Below are positions 52,259 to 53,611 of a DNA stretch of 53,611 bases, in pieces. The notes under the pieces were generated by a model. That model was not told the DNA's origin. It saw only the letters and a list, made by a program, of their open reading frames with translations, and searched no databases. Numbering within the stretch: position 1 is the first letter of the stretch; each line of letters starts with the position of its first letter. The translations under genes were made by a program, and so were the position numbers. This DNA comes from an uncultured Desulfobacterales bacterium. Lineage in GTDB: Bacteria > Desulfobacterota > Desulfobacteria > Desulfobacterales > SURF-7. The DNA lies in NCBI GenBank assembly GCA_964578935.1, contig CAZOEW010000001.1, positions 1 through 53,611 of the forward strand, given 5' to 3'.

Positions 52259-53611
52259 TTAGGCAAGCAAAAGTTCAACCTTTAGTACTTTCTTTGTCGA
52301 TGATGTCACCTTCACCGAATTGTCTATTTGAAATCCCCCGACCCAGATAATTTCGTCATTGCTTAACAGAATCGGGCATGCCGCTCGGGCTGTTTTTTTT
52401 ATCTTGCTGTTTATAAAGAATTTTTTAACTTTTTGAGTGCCTGTGATGCCAAGCGGTGAAAATCGATCACCCGGCAGAATGTTTCTTATGGTCAGCGGAA
52501 ACGCTATTTTGTCCATGTCGATCCATGCAACATTTGGTTTGATTCTATTTTTATTAAAATCAACCGGGTCCGTCATCTCGATATCGGAAAATCGAAACTG
52601 TTTGCCGATTTCATGAATGAGGACTGTTTCAGATGAGGAGCCGGGCTTTGACACATGGTAGCTGAAAACAAAATCGGGTTGGGGTTTGGTTTTTGTTTTT
52701 GGAGGACGAGCAATTCTTTTTCTTTTTGAAATCAGAACCTGATCCGCTGAAACCTCGACGAGAATTTCATTCGGCAGGTGAATCTGTCCTTTCAAGCGGT
52801 TCTTTTCGATAAGGTGTAAAATTGAATCAATATGGTCATAAGTCATTTGTTTTAAATCACCGTTGACCTGTCTGATTAAACTTCTCATAATCCTTCGGCG
52901 AAGGGGAAGCGGTTTTTCCATCAAAAGAGAAGCGGAACACCTTATGGAGAGGTCATTCTCGTGGAATACCAGACCGTTCATCTCTCTGTCGACGATTTCT
53001 TCAATCCAGACTTCTTCGTCCTGGATAATGGTTCCCATCCGGTTTAGTGCTTTAACGATCTTTGGGTTATAGGAAGATTTCATTTCCGGAATGAGGTTGT
53101 GCCGGATTCTGTTTCGTAAATAGGTTGTGTCCAGGTTGGTTGAATCTTGCGTATAATGAAGCCTGTTCTCGGACAGGAATGCGTGGATATTGTTTTTTGA
53201 AAGATGAATCAGGGGGCGTATAATACTGATTTCTCCCTTCCGCCGTAAGGGAGGGATTCCCGAAAGTCCTGATTTTCCAGTGCCCCGCAGCATGTTCATC
53301 AGAATCAATTCCGCATTATCCCCGGCATGATGCGCTGTCGCAATTCGGGAATATCCCATTTTTTTCGAAATAGTTAAAAAAAAATCGTACCGGGCTTTCC
53401 GGCCTGCATCTTCAACAGAAAGCTTCTCTTCGGCAGCGTATAGTTGAAGATCCATTTTTTTGATATGAAACGGAAGGTTGAGTTTAGATGCAAGGGATTC
53501 AACAAACCCGGCATCCTGGTCCGAATCCTTTCCCCTCAGACCGTGATCCAGGTGCGCAACACCAATCTTGATATGGAAGCGGGGTGAAAGAATGGAGAGG
53601 ATATGCAGCAG
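52259..53611 (-). CDS. tilS: tRNA(Ile)-lysidine synthetase (5' end runs off the window)
   Basis: ORF 52259-53455 continues stop-free upstream to 53611 in my translation (LLHILSILSPRFHIKIGVAHLDHGLRGKDSDQDAGFV..). It has the TilS-type HLDHGLRG..D..FV and ARY motifs and lies in the conserved tilS-ftsH-folP order. Confidence 0.85.
   Translation of the reverse strand: MLHILSILSPRFHIKIGVAHLDHGLRGKDSDQDAGFVESLASKLNLPFHIKKMDLQLYAAEEKLSVEDAGRKARYDFFLTISKKMGYSRIATAHHAGDNAELILMNMLRGTGKSGLSGIPPLRRKGEISIIRPLIHLSKNNIHAFLSENRLHYTQDSTNLDTTYLRNRIRHNLIPEMKSSYNPKIVKALNRMGTIIQDEEVWIEEIVDREMNGLVFHENDLSIRCSASLLMEKPLPLRRRIMRSLIRQVNGDLKQMTYDHIDSILHLIEKNRLKGQIHLPNEILVEVSADQVLISKRKRIARPPKTKTKPQPDFVFSYHVSKPGSSSETVLIHEIGKQFRFSDIEMTDPVDFNKNRIKPNVAWIDMDKIAFPLTIRNILPGDRFSPLGITGTQKVKKFFINSKIKKTARAACPILLSNDEIIWVGGFQIDNSVKVTSSTKKVLKVELLLA

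Noticed and set aside
1-53611. Scan by eye for tRNA/rRNA genes, transposase/integrase genes, CRISPR repeats and toxin-antitoxin pairs
   Set aside because: None was recognised. The larger intergenic regions (1600-1906, 11297-11670, 12391-12701, 17923-18127, 19997-20292, 27806-28144, 32856-33142, 35124-35446) show no tRNA-like T-arm/anticodon architecture. This should be confirmed with tRNAscan-SE/Infernal.

Overview
This 53.6-kb chromosomal window looks like an anaerobic Desulfobacterota/deltaproteobacterium-like genome. That placement is only an inference from gene content: archaeal-type ProRS, class 1B dihydroorotate dehydrogenase, a split archaeal-style glutamate synthase, a CcdA/thioredoxin pair and a candidate selenoprotein. 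I support about 50 CDS. I saw no rRNA, tRNA, CRISPR array, transposase or integrase.

Layout:
- 1-9.5 kb: an AT-rich glycan biosynthesis/modification locus with three GT2 glycosyltransferases, a Wzx-like flippase, a B12-binding radical SAM enzyme, a sulfotransferase and two methyltransferases.
- 9.6-13.8 kb: the FMN and amidotransferase halves of a split glutamate synthase flank a GAF-ANTAR regulator.
- 13.9-17.9 kb: pyrD, preceded by a 1036-aa ORF whose C-terminus is PyrK-like.
- 18-33 kb: housekeeping genes (mltF, ispG, proS, rel, rpmB, bamD, trxB, trxA), then a MetE/UROD-like gene, a MoxR-VWA pair and a GlcF-like Fe-S protein.
- 33-53.6 kb: HAD hydrolase, OmpA-family protein, a DUF1573-like gene, priA, a nudix/thioredoxin-fold/ccdA group, proC-yggT-divIVA, two PilT-family ATPases, a zinc-ribbon/pseudo-receiver protein, an MBL-fold hydrolase, coaX, folP, ftsH and tilS.

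Most notable observations:
1. The 1036-aa ORF fuses a Zn-ribbon DNA-methylase-like module with eroded catalytic motifs, plus a possible PD-(D/E)xK-like segment, to PyrK. It is translationally coupled to pyrD.
2. The glutamate-synthase FMN subunit has a textbook ANTAR dual-hexaloop/terminator leader directly downstream of the GAF-ANTAR gene.
3. The DUF1573-like gene has an in-frame UGA exactly where the family's Cys-Gly-Cys motif carries its first Cys, making it a candidate selenocysteine site.

All functional calls come from reading motifs by eye. No database search was run.
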